From a virus (Duplodnaviria > Caudoviricetes): 49,774 bases of DNA. Below, in pieces: positions 1-6,839 of the stretch; position 1 is the first letter of the stretch, and the number at the start of each line of letters is the position of its first letter. The position numbers were made by a program, and so were the translations under genes. The notes under the pieces were generated by a model. The model ran no database searches and was not told where the DNA came from. It saw only the letters and a program-made list of their open reading frames with translations. The stretch lies in the IMG/VR virus record IMGVR_UViG_3300024254_000002, positions 1 to 49,774 of that record; one strand, given 5' to 3'.

Positions 1-127
1 TTGAACTTGGCGAAGGCCCGGCCAAGGCCGCGCTTGATGCAAGCGGCCAGCGGCTGGCGCTGCCCCGCGAAGTAGAGGCTGAGGAATTCCGTCAGCTCGT
101 CGGGACGCTGGATGACCTGCTCCAGAG
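1..127. repeat. Terminal direct repeat, identical to 49648-49774 (circular-assembly overlap)
   Basis: Exact 127-nt identity of both ends. The TROVE ORF reads in frame across the junction once one copy is removed. Confidence 0.95.
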
Positions 128-437
128 CGCCCGCGATGTCGCAGGCACCTCTGGCTGACTCCAGCCTCGCGAGCGAGACGATGAGGTGGAGGGGGAGGTG
201 CCGGAGGTGCATGTTGGTCCGGGCCTCGATGGCCAGCTCCAAGACCTGACGACCGGGTACCTTGGCCACGAGCTGACGAAGGCGGTCCGCGATGCTGACG
301 CCGTCCTCGTAGAACTGGTCTTCCCAGAGGAGGCAGGCCAGAGCAGTTCTGCGGAGCTGGGCGAGGGGGTCGATGGTGGTGCTCTGGCCGCCCTCGTGAG
401 TGGTAGGACGAGCAGGAAGTCTGTTGGTTGTGGCCAT
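1..437 (-). CDS. TROVE/Ro60 (Rsr-like) RNA-binding protein, N-terminal part; joins 48768-49774 across the origin (438 aa total)
   Basis: ATG at 437 preceded by AAAGGAG. Manual translation MATTNRLPARPTTHEGG..ACLLWEDQFYEDG..EARTNMHLRHLP..VIQRPDELTEFL..KFN matches bacterial TROVE motifs. Missing from the ORF track because it is split. Confidence 0.92.
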   Translation of the reverse strand, partial: MATTNRLPARPTTHEGGQSTTIDPLAQLRRTALACLLWEDQFYEDGVSIADRLRQLVAKVPGRQVLELAIEARTNMHLRHLPLHLIVSLARLESARGACDIAGALEQVIQRPDELTEFLSLYFAGQRQPLAACIKRGLGRAFAKF

Positions 438-460
438 GCTGGTCTCCTTTCCGGAAATGG

Positions 461-539
461 TGAGCAGGAAGTTGGATGTCGCTTGCCGGTCCAATTAGAG
501 TGCTATTAATTGAAGTATCGGCTAGCTACGCCATGCTCA
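461..539 (-). ncRNA. Y-RNA-like element A, immediately upstream of the Ro60 RBS
   Basis: TGAGCA-TGGCGTAGC-TAGCCG-ATACTTC-loop-CGGCAA-GCGAC-..CTTCC-TGCTCA; same architecture as four other copies. Confidence 0.75.
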
Positions 540-544
540 GAAGG

Positions 545-652
545 TCGCGGGGGGTCGTTGGGACAGCCTGCCTCCCCCGATGGGGTGGTGGAAAGCCCGG
601 CTCTTACCCGGGACTCATTCACCTTCTTGTTCACTGTCCCCCACTGGCGCCC
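545..652 (-). ncRNA. Structured RNA, possibly a divergent sixth Y-like element with an inserted multibranch domain
   Basis: GGCGCCAGT..GGGACAG/CTGTCCC..ACGAC. Inner helices CCCGG/CCGGG and CCCC/GGGG. Outer closing stem is poor. Confidence 0.45.
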
Positions 653-665
653 TGTTGGGTAAGGG

Positions 666-1091
666 CTACTTCGGCTGTTGCTGGGTGTTCATGTGGTCGA
701 CGTAAGTCTGGGCAGCTACTTCCGTGTCGAAGCTGCAGGCCCACAGGCCAGCTGGGTTGTAGACGTACTTGCCCGTTCGGGCCCACTGCTTGGGGGGTGG
801 GATTCTACGGTCCAGCGACCGCTGGCCGAGCTGGCTGATGCGGTGCTGGACGGAGTTGCTGATGACGGCGACGTGGTTGACTTTGAGCCATGTGCTGTAC
901 TCTTCGGCGAGCTGGACGGCCAGCGCACCATCGATGGTGGCGTTGGCCTGTGCGGCTTGAAGCTCGGCGCGAAGGACGTCGTAGGCGTCGAGGAGGTCCA
1001 GCTGACGCTTGAAGAAGGGGTTCGGCGCGTTGAGGCGGTCTGTGGCTTCTTGGCGCCACTGGCGCAGGGTGTTGGAGGGGATGAGGGGCAT
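666..1091 (-). CDS. Hypothetical protein (141 aa)
   Basis: ATG at 1091 with AGGAG RBS. The longer 1358 start in the ORF track runs through the ncRNA array and is not preferred. Confidence 0.7.
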   Translation of the reverse strand: MPLIPSNTLRQWRQEATDRLNAPNPFFKRQLDLLDAYDVLRAELQAAQANATIDGALAVQLAEEYSTWLKVNHVAVISNSVQHRISQLGQRSLDRRIPPPKQWARTGKYVYNPAGLWACSFDTEVAAQTYVDHMNTQQQPK

Positions 1092-1158
1092 CAGCGTTCT
1101 CCTGTCTGCTGGCAGGCGGTGGTTGTGGAGACGGGGCTTCATGAGGGCTCCGAAGGGA

Positions 1159-1225
1159 TGTCCGGGAAAGGGGTCGCGCCGAGCTGCTGTTTTCAATGGA
1201 GTAACTCGGAGCTGCGCCACGGACA
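1159..1225 (-). ncRNA. Y-RNA-like element B
   Basis: TGTCCG-TGGCGCAGC-TCCGAG-TTACTCC-loop-CTCGGC-GCGAC-CCCTTTCC-CGGACA. Confidence 0.8.
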
Positions 1226-1229
1226 AGAT

Positions 1230-1323
1230 GGCATTCAGTGGACCCGCTCTTCGGGAGTAGGTGACGGGTCTCTTTGGATATTCGACATAGGACCGTGCAA
1301 TATCCGACATGGAACTGAATGCC
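1230..1323 (-). ncRNA. Structured RNA (three-way junction) between elements B and C
   Basis: 10-bp closing stem GGCATTCAGT/ACTGAATGCC enclosing GGATATT/AATATCC and GACCCG/CGGGTC helices. Confidence 0.55.
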
Positions 1324-1387
1324 GAGGGAAAGGGTCGCGTTAGGCTTTTACTTTCCAAGAAGTAGGCCTAGGCTGCGCCACTCGGCA
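1320..1387 (-). ncRNA. Y-RNA-like element C
   Basis: TGCCGAG-TGGCGCAGC-CTAGGC-CTACTTC-loop-GCCTAAC-GCGAC-CCTTTCC-CTCGGCA. Confidence 0.8.
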
Positions 1388-1410
1388 AAGGTCGGCTGTC
1401 TCTCCAGCTG

Positions 1411-1491
1411 TCAAGCCTAAGAATTGTCCGTATCACGACGCGGCTTTCCGTGCGCGGTACCTGTACGGACAGGTTCCCGCTTCATGCTTGA
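1411..1491 (-). ncRNA. Structured RNA (long interrupted hairpin) between elements C and D
   Basis: Nested helices TCAAGC/GCTTGA and TGTCCGTA/TACGGACA plus an apical GC stem. Confidence 0.5.
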
Positions 1492-1560
1492 TGGCTGGGA
1501 AGGAGTCGATGAGCGTCTTTCTTGATTGGGTAGAAGTAACGCGCATCTGCGCCACAGCCA
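1492..1560 (-). ncRNA. Y-RNA-like element D
   Basis: TGGCTG-TGGCGCAGA-TGCGCG-TTACTTC-loop-CGCTCA-TCGAC-TCCTTCC-CAGCCA; a compensatory A-T replaces the C-G pair seen in the other copies. Confidence 0.8.
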
Positions 1561-1565
1561 AAAGA

Positions 1566-1711
1566 TGGGAACAGTGTCTGCAGCTTGCTGAACTGGTGGA
1601 GGGTTGACGTGTCATCTTTCCGTCCTCGCTTATGGGCCCACCAGCTAGGCACGTCTTTGGGTGGGAGCACACCGTAGTCAAGCAGTTGGGCTGTTATGTT
1701 CTCTGTTCCCA
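1566..1711 (-). ncRNA. Structured RNA (~146 nt, possible pseudoknot) between elements D and E
   Basis: Closing stem TGGGAACAG/CTGTTCCCA, inner CTGGTGG/CCACCAG, and a crossing GACGTG/CACGTC pair. Confidence 0.55.
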
Positions 1712-1717
1712 AAGGGT

Positions 1718-1787
1718 CCCAGCGAGGAGAGGTCGCTGCCAGCTTTCATTCTTAGCAGGAAGGAGCTGGCGGCTGCGCTACGCTGGG
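1718..1787 (-). ncRNA. Y-RNA-like element E
   Basis: CCCAGCG-TAGCGCAGC-CGCCAGC-TCCTTC-loop-GCTGGCA-GCGAC-CTCTCCT-CGCTGGG. Confidence 0.78.
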
Positions 1788-1789
1788 GA

Positions 1790-2068
1790 TTATTTCGGTT
1801 GGTTATTGCGGATGGCCGACATGGCCTGCTCGTAGCGCAGGCTGTCGGGGTAGCTGCCGTACTTGTCCTTGACGACGCCGACGAGGCGCATGCCCCAGCC
1901 GATGGACTGGGCGATGTCAGCGGCCTTCAGGACGAAGAAGAACCAGAAGAGCGCCCAGACGAGGGTTTCGCCGATTTTCAGGGTGAGGTACCAGCCGAAG
2001 GCGGTGGCTGCGGTCACGCCTAGTTGGGTGGCTGTCTGGCTGATGAGGGAGACGGTGGTGCTATCCAT
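1790..2068 (-). CDS. Small membrane protein (92 aa)
   Basis: Hydrophobic segments (LGVTAATAFGWYLTL; LVWALFWFFFVL). Start taken at MDSTT. Confidence 0.7.
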   Translation of the reverse strand: MDSTTVSLISQTATQLGVTAATAFGWYLTLKIGETLVWALFWFFFVLKAADIAQSIGWGMRLVGVVKDKYGSYPDSLRYEQAMSAIRNNQPK

Positions 2069-2120
2069 TTGGGTGTGTGTCCGTTGGATGGCTCTGGTCC
2101 CGGCACCGCCTAGAAATGGG

Positions 2121-2156
2121 TAGAGGCAGACACCGGTGAGCTGGTGTCTGCCTCTA
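2121..2156 (-). terminator. Intergenic 14-bp hairpin (terminator or processing site)
   Basis: TAGAGGCAGACACC/GGTGTCTGCCTCTA perfect inverted repeat; only a weak U-tract. Confidence 0.45.
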
Positions 2157-2217
2157 GTCGTCCCTCTGGGCGTTGTCACCGCTGTTTGGCGGTAGTTGCC
2201 GGTTGCTGGCCTCCGGG

Positions 2218-2781
2218 TTAGGAGTGAGCGTCCATGGCCGCGGTCAGCTCGTCCGTGTGCGCTTCCTGAGTCTGGGCTTCGGTGGCGAGACGGAAGGCTG
2301 CGGTGGCTGACTGCTCGTCGGGCTCGGCGCCCGGCGCCTTGCTGCGGTCGATGTGCAGCTGGAGGTCGTCGATGCTGACCAGCTTGAGTTCCGGGTGCGC
2401 GGTGAAGATTTCCTGCAGCTCCTTCGTGTAGCTGTTCTTGACCTCGGTGTTCTTGTTGATGATGGTGATGATGTCGTCTCGCTCCCGCTGGGCGGAACGC
2501 ATGTCGCGGGTGAGGACGGTGGTGACGTCGATGCCCTGCTCCTTGGCGCGCGCCTCGGCTCGGGCGTAGGACTGCGGGTCCTTGCCGGTCATGGCGTTGA
2601 TGGCCTTCCGCTCACGGCCGCGGCGCCAGCCCAGCTCTTTCTGGAGGCCGGCCCCTTCGGACCATTTGCCACCGCCGAGGGCGATGCTGGGGGCACCGAT
2701 GGTGTCCTCGATTTCGGCGATGAGGCGCATCAGGTTCAGCTGACGCTGGATGATGGAAACGGGAGCGTTCGTGTTGCACAT
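2218..2781 (-). CDS. Hypothetical protein, partly coiled-coil (187 aa)
   Basis: Long ORF with host-like codon bias; AAGGAG RBS before MCNTN. Confidence 0.75.
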   Translation of the reverse strand: MCNTNAPVSIIQRQLNLMRLIAEIEDTIGAPSIALGGGKWSEGAGLQKELGWRRGRERKAINAMTGKDPQSYARAEARAKEQGIDVTTVLTRDMRSAQRERDDIITIINKNTEVKNSYTKELQEIFTAHPELKLVSIDDLQLHIDRSKAPGAEPDEQSATAAFRLATEAQTQEAHTDELTAAMDAHS

Positions 2782-2830
2782 GGCTTGTTTCTCCTTCTTC
2801 GGTGAAGAGGCTTGGCTCATCTCGTGACGA

Positions 2831-2859
2831 ACCGCGCCCCCGCGAACGCGGGGCGCGGT
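2831..2859. terminator. GC-rich intergenic hairpin
   Basis: ACCGCGCCCC-CGCG-AA-CGCG-GGGCGCGGT. Confidence 0.4.
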
Positions 2860-2868
2860 GAGGCGAGG

Positions 2869-3291
2869 CTAGAGGTCGCTAGTTGGCTCCTCCTTGGTGA
2901 GTGTGAAGGTTTCTGGGTCGTAGCCGCGCTCCAGCTCAGCGATGAGGTGGTCATGGATGTGCGGCTCTCCGGGCCATTGCTTGGTGGGGAACTTGTGGCG
3001 CTCCAGCTGTTGGACGGCTTCGGCGCGGCGGACGATGGTGGCCAGCTGGCTGCAGTAGGTGGATTCCTTGTTCCAGCCGAGGATGTGGAACATGACGGCG
3101 AGGTTGTTGGGGCCGCTGGGTCCGGAGCGGTCGATGCGGAGGCAGGTGTCTGCCCGGCGAGCGAAGTCGTGGGCCTTGGCCGGGACTTTCTTGGGGTAGC
3201 GCCATGCGAGGAGACGGAGGTTCAGCTGCCAGTTGAAGAGCTTGATGGGCTTCAGCTCGTTCAGGTTCTCATGCCATGTCGGACGGGGCAT
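2869..3291 (-). CDS. Hypothetical protein (140 aa)
   Basis: ORF with AAGGAGG RBS, co-oriented with neighbours. Confidence 0.75.
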   Translation of the reverse strand: MPRPTWHENLNELKPIKLFNWQLNLRLLAWRYPKKVPAKAHDFARRADTCLRIDRSGPSGPNNLAVMFHILGWNKESTYCSQLATIVRRAEAVQQLERHKFPTKQWPGEPHIHDHLIAELERGYDPETFTLTKEEPTSDL

Positions 3292-3306
3292 TCTAGTCCT
3301 CCTTGA

Positions 3307-3507
3307 CTAGGGGTTTAGGCGGCTGTTGATGATGTCGATGAAGGCTGTGGCCTTCTTGAGCCAGATTTCCCGGCGGTCGTCGGGCAGCTGGTTCCATGGG
3401 ACGTTGTCTGGGCTGATGGACCAGTTGTTGGCGATGCTGACCTGACGGAAGGTGTGGGCGAGGAAGGTCAGGTCGCCCTTGGTGGGCTTGAGTTCAGCCT
3501 TGAGCAT
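3307..3507 (-). CDS. Small hypothetical protein (66 aa)
   Basis: MLKAELKPT..VPWNQLPDDRREIW; start overlaps the end of the upstream ORF. Confidence 0.65.
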   Translation of the reverse strand: MLKAELKPTKGDLTFLAHTFRQVSIANNWSISPDNVPWNQLPDDRREIWLKKATAFIDIINSRLNP

Positions 3508-3673
3508 GGTGGGCTCCCAGTTCGCAGACGGAGAGTGCGATGGTGGCGCACTCTGGGCTGCAGAAGGCCTTGTTGAGAAGTGGGACGTAGATGGCGTGGC
3601 TGGCGAGGGTGTAACCCCAGCCGGTGTTCTGTGGAACGTGCTTCTGGCAGATGGGACAGAACTGTGCGTCCAT
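3494..3673 (-). CDS. Small zinc-finger protein (CxxC...FCSxEC, TRASH-like)
   Basis: CPIC...FCSPEC; GGAGGAGG RBS. Confidence 0.65.
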   Translation of the reverse strand: MDAQFCPICQKHVPQNTGWGYTLASHAIYVPLLNKAFCSPECATIALSVCELGAHHAQG

Positions 3674-3724
3674 TGCCTCCTCCCGTTGGTTGGTGTGGCT
3701 GTTCCTCTCCAACGCACAACACCC

Positions 3725-3757
3725 AAAGGGCGACACCAACAACGGTGTCGCCCCTTC
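3725..3757. terminator. Intergenic hairpin
   Basis: GGGCGACACC/GGTGTCGCCC inverted repeat just after the stop of 3763-3930. Confidence 0.4.
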
Positions 3758-3762
3758 GGGAG

Positions 3763-3930
3763 CTACTTCTTGTCGCTGAGCTTGCTGGTGACGCACTCAG
3801 CGCGGACGCTGTTCTGGTCGACGGTGACGTCGGTGCGGCAGAGGCTCTCGATGATGTTGCCGAGCTTCAGGGTGCCGGTGCTGGCGAGGTCGCTGGCGAA
3901 CTGGATGGTGATGCTGTGGAAGTAGCGCAT
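3763..3930 (-). CDS. Small hypothetical protein (55 aa, below ORF-track cutoff)
   Basis: MRYFHSITIQFASDL..SKLSDKK; AAGGAGG RBS. Confidence 0.6.
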   Translation of the reverse strand: MRYFHSITIQFASDLASTGTLKLGNIIESLCRTDVTVDQNSVRAECVTSKLSDKK

Positions 3931-3933
3931 GGC

Positions 3934-4152
3934 TCAGGCCTCCTTCTTCGCCGCGGTGGGCGAGGTCTGGGTGCGGAAGCACTCGACCGAGCAGAAGCGG
4001 ATGTTCTGCGAGTCGAGGAACGAGAGGAGCTTGCGCTCCTCGGGAGTGCAGAGCGAAGCGATGCCCGACTGCTTCGAGGGCTTGCCGCACTCGCAAGTGC
4101 GGGCCTGCTGGGAAGCGCGGAACTGGCTGACTGCATCGGTGATTCGGGACAT
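3934..4152 (-). CDS. Small zinc-finger protein (CxC...FCSxEC)
   Basis: TCECG...RFCSVEC; AAGGAGG RBS. First gene of the leftward arm. Confidence 0.65.
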   Translation of the reverse strand: MSRITDAVSQFRASQQARTCECGKPSKQSGIASLCTPEERKLLSFLDSQNIRFCSVECFRTQTSPTAAKKEA

Positions 4153-4376
4153 GACATCCTCCTTCGGACTGCGGGCTGCTGGCTGGCTGAGGGTGTCTCC
4201 CACAACCGCCAACAACACCTAAGTGCGTGCACCATCAACGGTTCGGACGTTCGCCTCTCGCCTTAATGACACGAACCTGATGCTCGCCTCCCCGCTTGGA
4301 GCCCTAGACCCCCCGGGGTAGGGGTTTCACGCCAACTCGGAGGGACTCCTGACCAGCCCGAGAAAAATTTTTGCGG

Positions 4377-4382
4377 TATAAT
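4377..4382 (+). promoter_or_regulatory. -10 box (TATAAT) of the rightward promoter, probably leaderless
   Basis: Perfect TATAAT followed by 7 nt and then ATG 4390; no SD; lies in the divergent intergenic region. Confidence 0.6.
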
Positions 4383-4389
4383 ACCCCAC

Positions 4390-5085
4390 ATGACAGCCCC
4401 CCGCCGCATCCGAAAAGGCCCGGACACCCAGTGGCGTATCCCCTTTAAAGACTGGACGATGGCGGACCTGCTCATCGCCAACTTCCTCCGGGACACTCCC
4501 CTCTCCCTCCCGGAGGTCTCCCTCTTCCTGAAACACAAGGTCTCCTCCCTCCAGCAGACCCTTTCCGTCCTCCGCTCGGAGGGCCGCCTCACCCCAGATA
4601 ACAAAGTCCTGACTGACCACCCGGCCTTCACCATCCTAAAAGGCACCCCTAAAACCCAACCCCTCCCGCCGCCCGGTTCCCGGCCCCTAACCCGCCTCGC
4701 CGCGGCCAACGCCGCCGTCGTCCAAGACGCCGTCTCCAAGCCCCTCTCCACCCTCACCCGGGAACAGGCCGCCTCCATCCTCGCCAACATCATCACCACC
4801 GGCGAGGCTGGCGACAAAGTCGACCGCTACATCGCCACATGGCTCGAAACGGCCCCCGTCGGCACCTCCGGCCCCCCAGTCCCCCTCACCCCCTCCGAAG
4901 CCACAGCCCGCCTCCTCACCCTCATGGCCGGCACCGACGAGGCTGTCGTCCGCTCCGCCATCTCCCAATGGGAACTCTCCCTTGCTAACCTACCCCCAAA
5001 TCGAGAAGCGCCTCTGGGACATGGCCCAAATGGTAGTAGTCCGACTCCAGACCCCCTCCCAGCGGAAGGGCTGGGCCCGAGTTGA
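4390..5085 (+). CDS. Putative DNA-binding (HTH-like) protein, candidate terminase small subunit
   Basis: First gene of the late arm; helix pattern LSLPEVSLFLKHKVSSLQQTLSVLRSEGRL. Function inferred from position. Confidence 0.5.
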   Translation: MTAPRRIRKGPDTQWRIPFKDWTMADLLIANFLRDTPLSLPEVSLFLKHKVSSLQQTLSVLRSEGRLTPDNKVLTDHPAFTILKGTPKTQPLPPPGSRPLTRLAAANAAVVQDAVSKPLSTLTREQAASILANIITTGEAGDKVDRYIATWLETAPVGTSGPPVPLTPSEATARLLTLMAGTDEAVVRSAISQWELSLANLPPNREAPLGHGPNGSSPTPDPLPAEGLGPS

Positions 5086-5341
5086 CTACGACGGCGCGGC
5101 CCGCATCATCTCCCTCCCCAAGGAGAAACACGACGGCTACCAGCTCCGCTGCCTCCTCCACGAACTCCTCCACATCACCTTCCCCGCTGAACTCAACATC
5201 TGGTGCGAAGACATCCTTGAAGCCTTCCTCGAATTCGAGCTGGAGCCCGGCCTCATCCAGTACGTCCACTCCTCCGCCCGCCGCCACCGGAAATGGCTCC
5301 TCCACATGAACAAGCTCATCGAGTCCAGCAATGGCCTATAA
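4982..5341 (+). CDS. Small HExxH zincin-like metallopeptidase domain protein
   Basis: RIISLP..LRCLLHELLHI..E motif. Start uncertain (TTG, overlaps previous ORF). Confidence 0.6.
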   Translation: MLTYPQIEKRLWDMAQMVVVRLQTPSQRKGWARVDYDGAARIISLPKEKHDGYQLRCLLHELLHITFPAELNIWCEDILEAFLEFELEPGLIQYVHSSARRHRKWLLHMNKLIESSNGL

Positions 5342-6839
5342 CCCCTACGACCTCGCCTTCTCCAACGAAGCGGCCCAGCGCCTCTCTGCCGCCACCAAGC
5401 CCCTAACCGACGCCCTCTCCTCCCTCTTCTCCGACAACGCCGCCTCCCTCCGCTCCGACCTCACCTCCCAGTTCGTCGCCCCTTGGCAGCAGTTCTCTCA
5501 GTCCCAGAACCCCCACGACCTCATTCGCGCCCTCGGCATGTCGGTTGGCCTTCCCGACCCCCGCCACCCCGCCCAAATAGCCATCGCCCTCGGCATGTCG
5601 GCCCCAGCCCCAGAGTCACGCGCTGTCACCATCGCCGGCCACCGCACCCTCCCCCGCGGCTACATGGGCCCCCGGCCCACCCCCATCGAGACCGTCGACC
5701 CTCTCGCCCTCGGCCTAGGCCCCGCTTGGGACCGCTCCCCCGGCATCCAAACCGGAGAAGGCCTCCCGCCCTCCATCGCCGCCCCAGCTGCCGACCCGAA
5801 CGTCCGCTACATCCCCCAGCACATCGACCCACAGACTGGCTTCCCCACCCGCGGCCTAGAGGCCGATAAGTTCCGCTTCGACCTTCGCGCCGGAAAATAC
5901 AATGACATCTTCTCCCCCGAGGAACTCACCGCCCTCTCCCAGCAACTTGAGCCCGGCAGCCTGCCTCCGCGCCCTAATCCACAGACTGACGTTCCTATCC
6001 CCAACGAGCGACCTCTCCCCCGCCCCGATGACCTCTTCGGCACCTCCGAAGACCGCCCGGCCCTCCACGAGCTGGAACTCGGCACCGCCTATGCCACCTA
6101 CCGTAAGCGAGGGATTGACGCCCTCCGCTCTATCCAACGAGACTTGGAAGCTGGAAAAATCTCCCCAGCCATGGCCTCCGCCCGAGCCAAGACCATCCAC
6201 GAGGGCCTGAACGAACTCCCCACAGCCCAAGCCACCGAGGCCACCCGCCAGACCTTCCCCGTCGAGTGGCGTCGCACCGCCCCCAGTGAAGAGCACCCAC
6301 AGGGCCAGCTCTATCCCAACTTCAACCCCATCGGCTCCCACACCCTCTCCAGCCCCGAGATGGCCTCCCGCGGCTGGAACCCCCCGCCCGACGCCACCGC
6401 CAAGGGCAGCACCCGGAGCTTCCTCCTCAAGAAGGGCATGCTCGCCACCCAGAACACGGACCCGAACTATCCCCGGAACTTCCGCGTCTACGAGCCCCGC
6501 GCGAACGCCTCCCGCTACTTCGACCGCCCCCTCGACCTAGACTTCCCCGAGACCCAGCAACGCATCCAGAAGGCCGGCGGCTTCCGGAACATGCTCCAGC
6601 TCGACCAGCCCGTCCCCGCCCAGTTCGGTCCAGCCCTCCTCGACATCCGCGGCCCCTCCGGCGAGCGCGTCCTAGTCGGCCAGAAAATCGACATCGCCAC
6701 CGCCCCCTCCAGCCGCGTCGCCTCCGCCCTCGGCCTGACCCCAGAAGGCCTCCGCGCCAAGCTCGGCCTCGCCGGCATCATTGCCCGCGCCCCCTCTGGC
6801 CGCCGCTACGCCAAGTTCTCCATCTTCCCCACCAAGTGA
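5331..6839 (+). CDS. Hypothetical Pro-rich protein (502 aa)
   Basis: Long ORF whose stop overlaps the TerL start; no recognisable motif. Confidence 0.75.
   Translation: MAYNPYDLAFSNEAAQRLSAATKPLTDALSSLFSDNAASLRSDLTSQFVAPWQQFSQSQNPHDLIRALGMSVGLPDPRHPAQIAIALGMSAPAPESRAVTIAGHRTLPRGYMGPRPTPIETVDPLALGLGPAWDRSPGIQTGEGLPPSIAAPAADPNVRYIPQHIDPQTGFPTRGLEADKFRFDLRAGKYNDIFSPEELTALSQQLEPGSLPPRPNPQTDVPIPNERPLPRPDDLFGTSEDRPALHELELGTAYATYRKRGIDALRSIQRDLEAGKISPAMASARAKTIHEGLNELPTAQATEATRQTFPVEWRRTAPSEEHPQGQLYPNFNPIGSHTLSSPEMASRGWNPPPDATAKGSTRSFLLKKGMLATQNTDPNYPRNFRVYEPRANASRYFDRPLDLDFPETQQRIQKAGGFRNMLQLDQPVPAQFGPALLDIRGPSGERVLVGQKIDIATAPSSRVASALGLTPEGLRAKLGLAGIIARAPSGRRYAKFSIFPTK

Noticed and set aside
1-127. 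Biological direct terminal repeat
   Set aside because: It falls mid-gene and its length equals a common assembler k-mer (127), so it is best read as a circularisation overlap.
1092-1712. ORF-track proteins over the ncRNA array (5' extension of 666-1358; 1433-1681; 1482-1712)
   Set aside because: No convincing RBS or protein-like composition; the repeated RNA architecture explains the region better.
1159-1787. CRISPR mini-array interpretation of the regularly spaced repeats
   Set aside because: The units are ~70 nt and conserved in structure rather than sequence, and the spacers are 80-150 nt and folded. There is no cas operon; the Cas4-like gene sits in the replication module as in many phages.
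666-1810. Two early proteins both ending in QPK just before RNA clusters
   Set aside because: Only 3-4 residues with different codons; compatible with chance.
186-4266. Long plus-strand ORFs in the leftward arm, and similar antisense ORFs genome-wide
   Set aside because: These are shadow frames expected opposite GC-rich genes; the RBSs and motifs are on the other strand.
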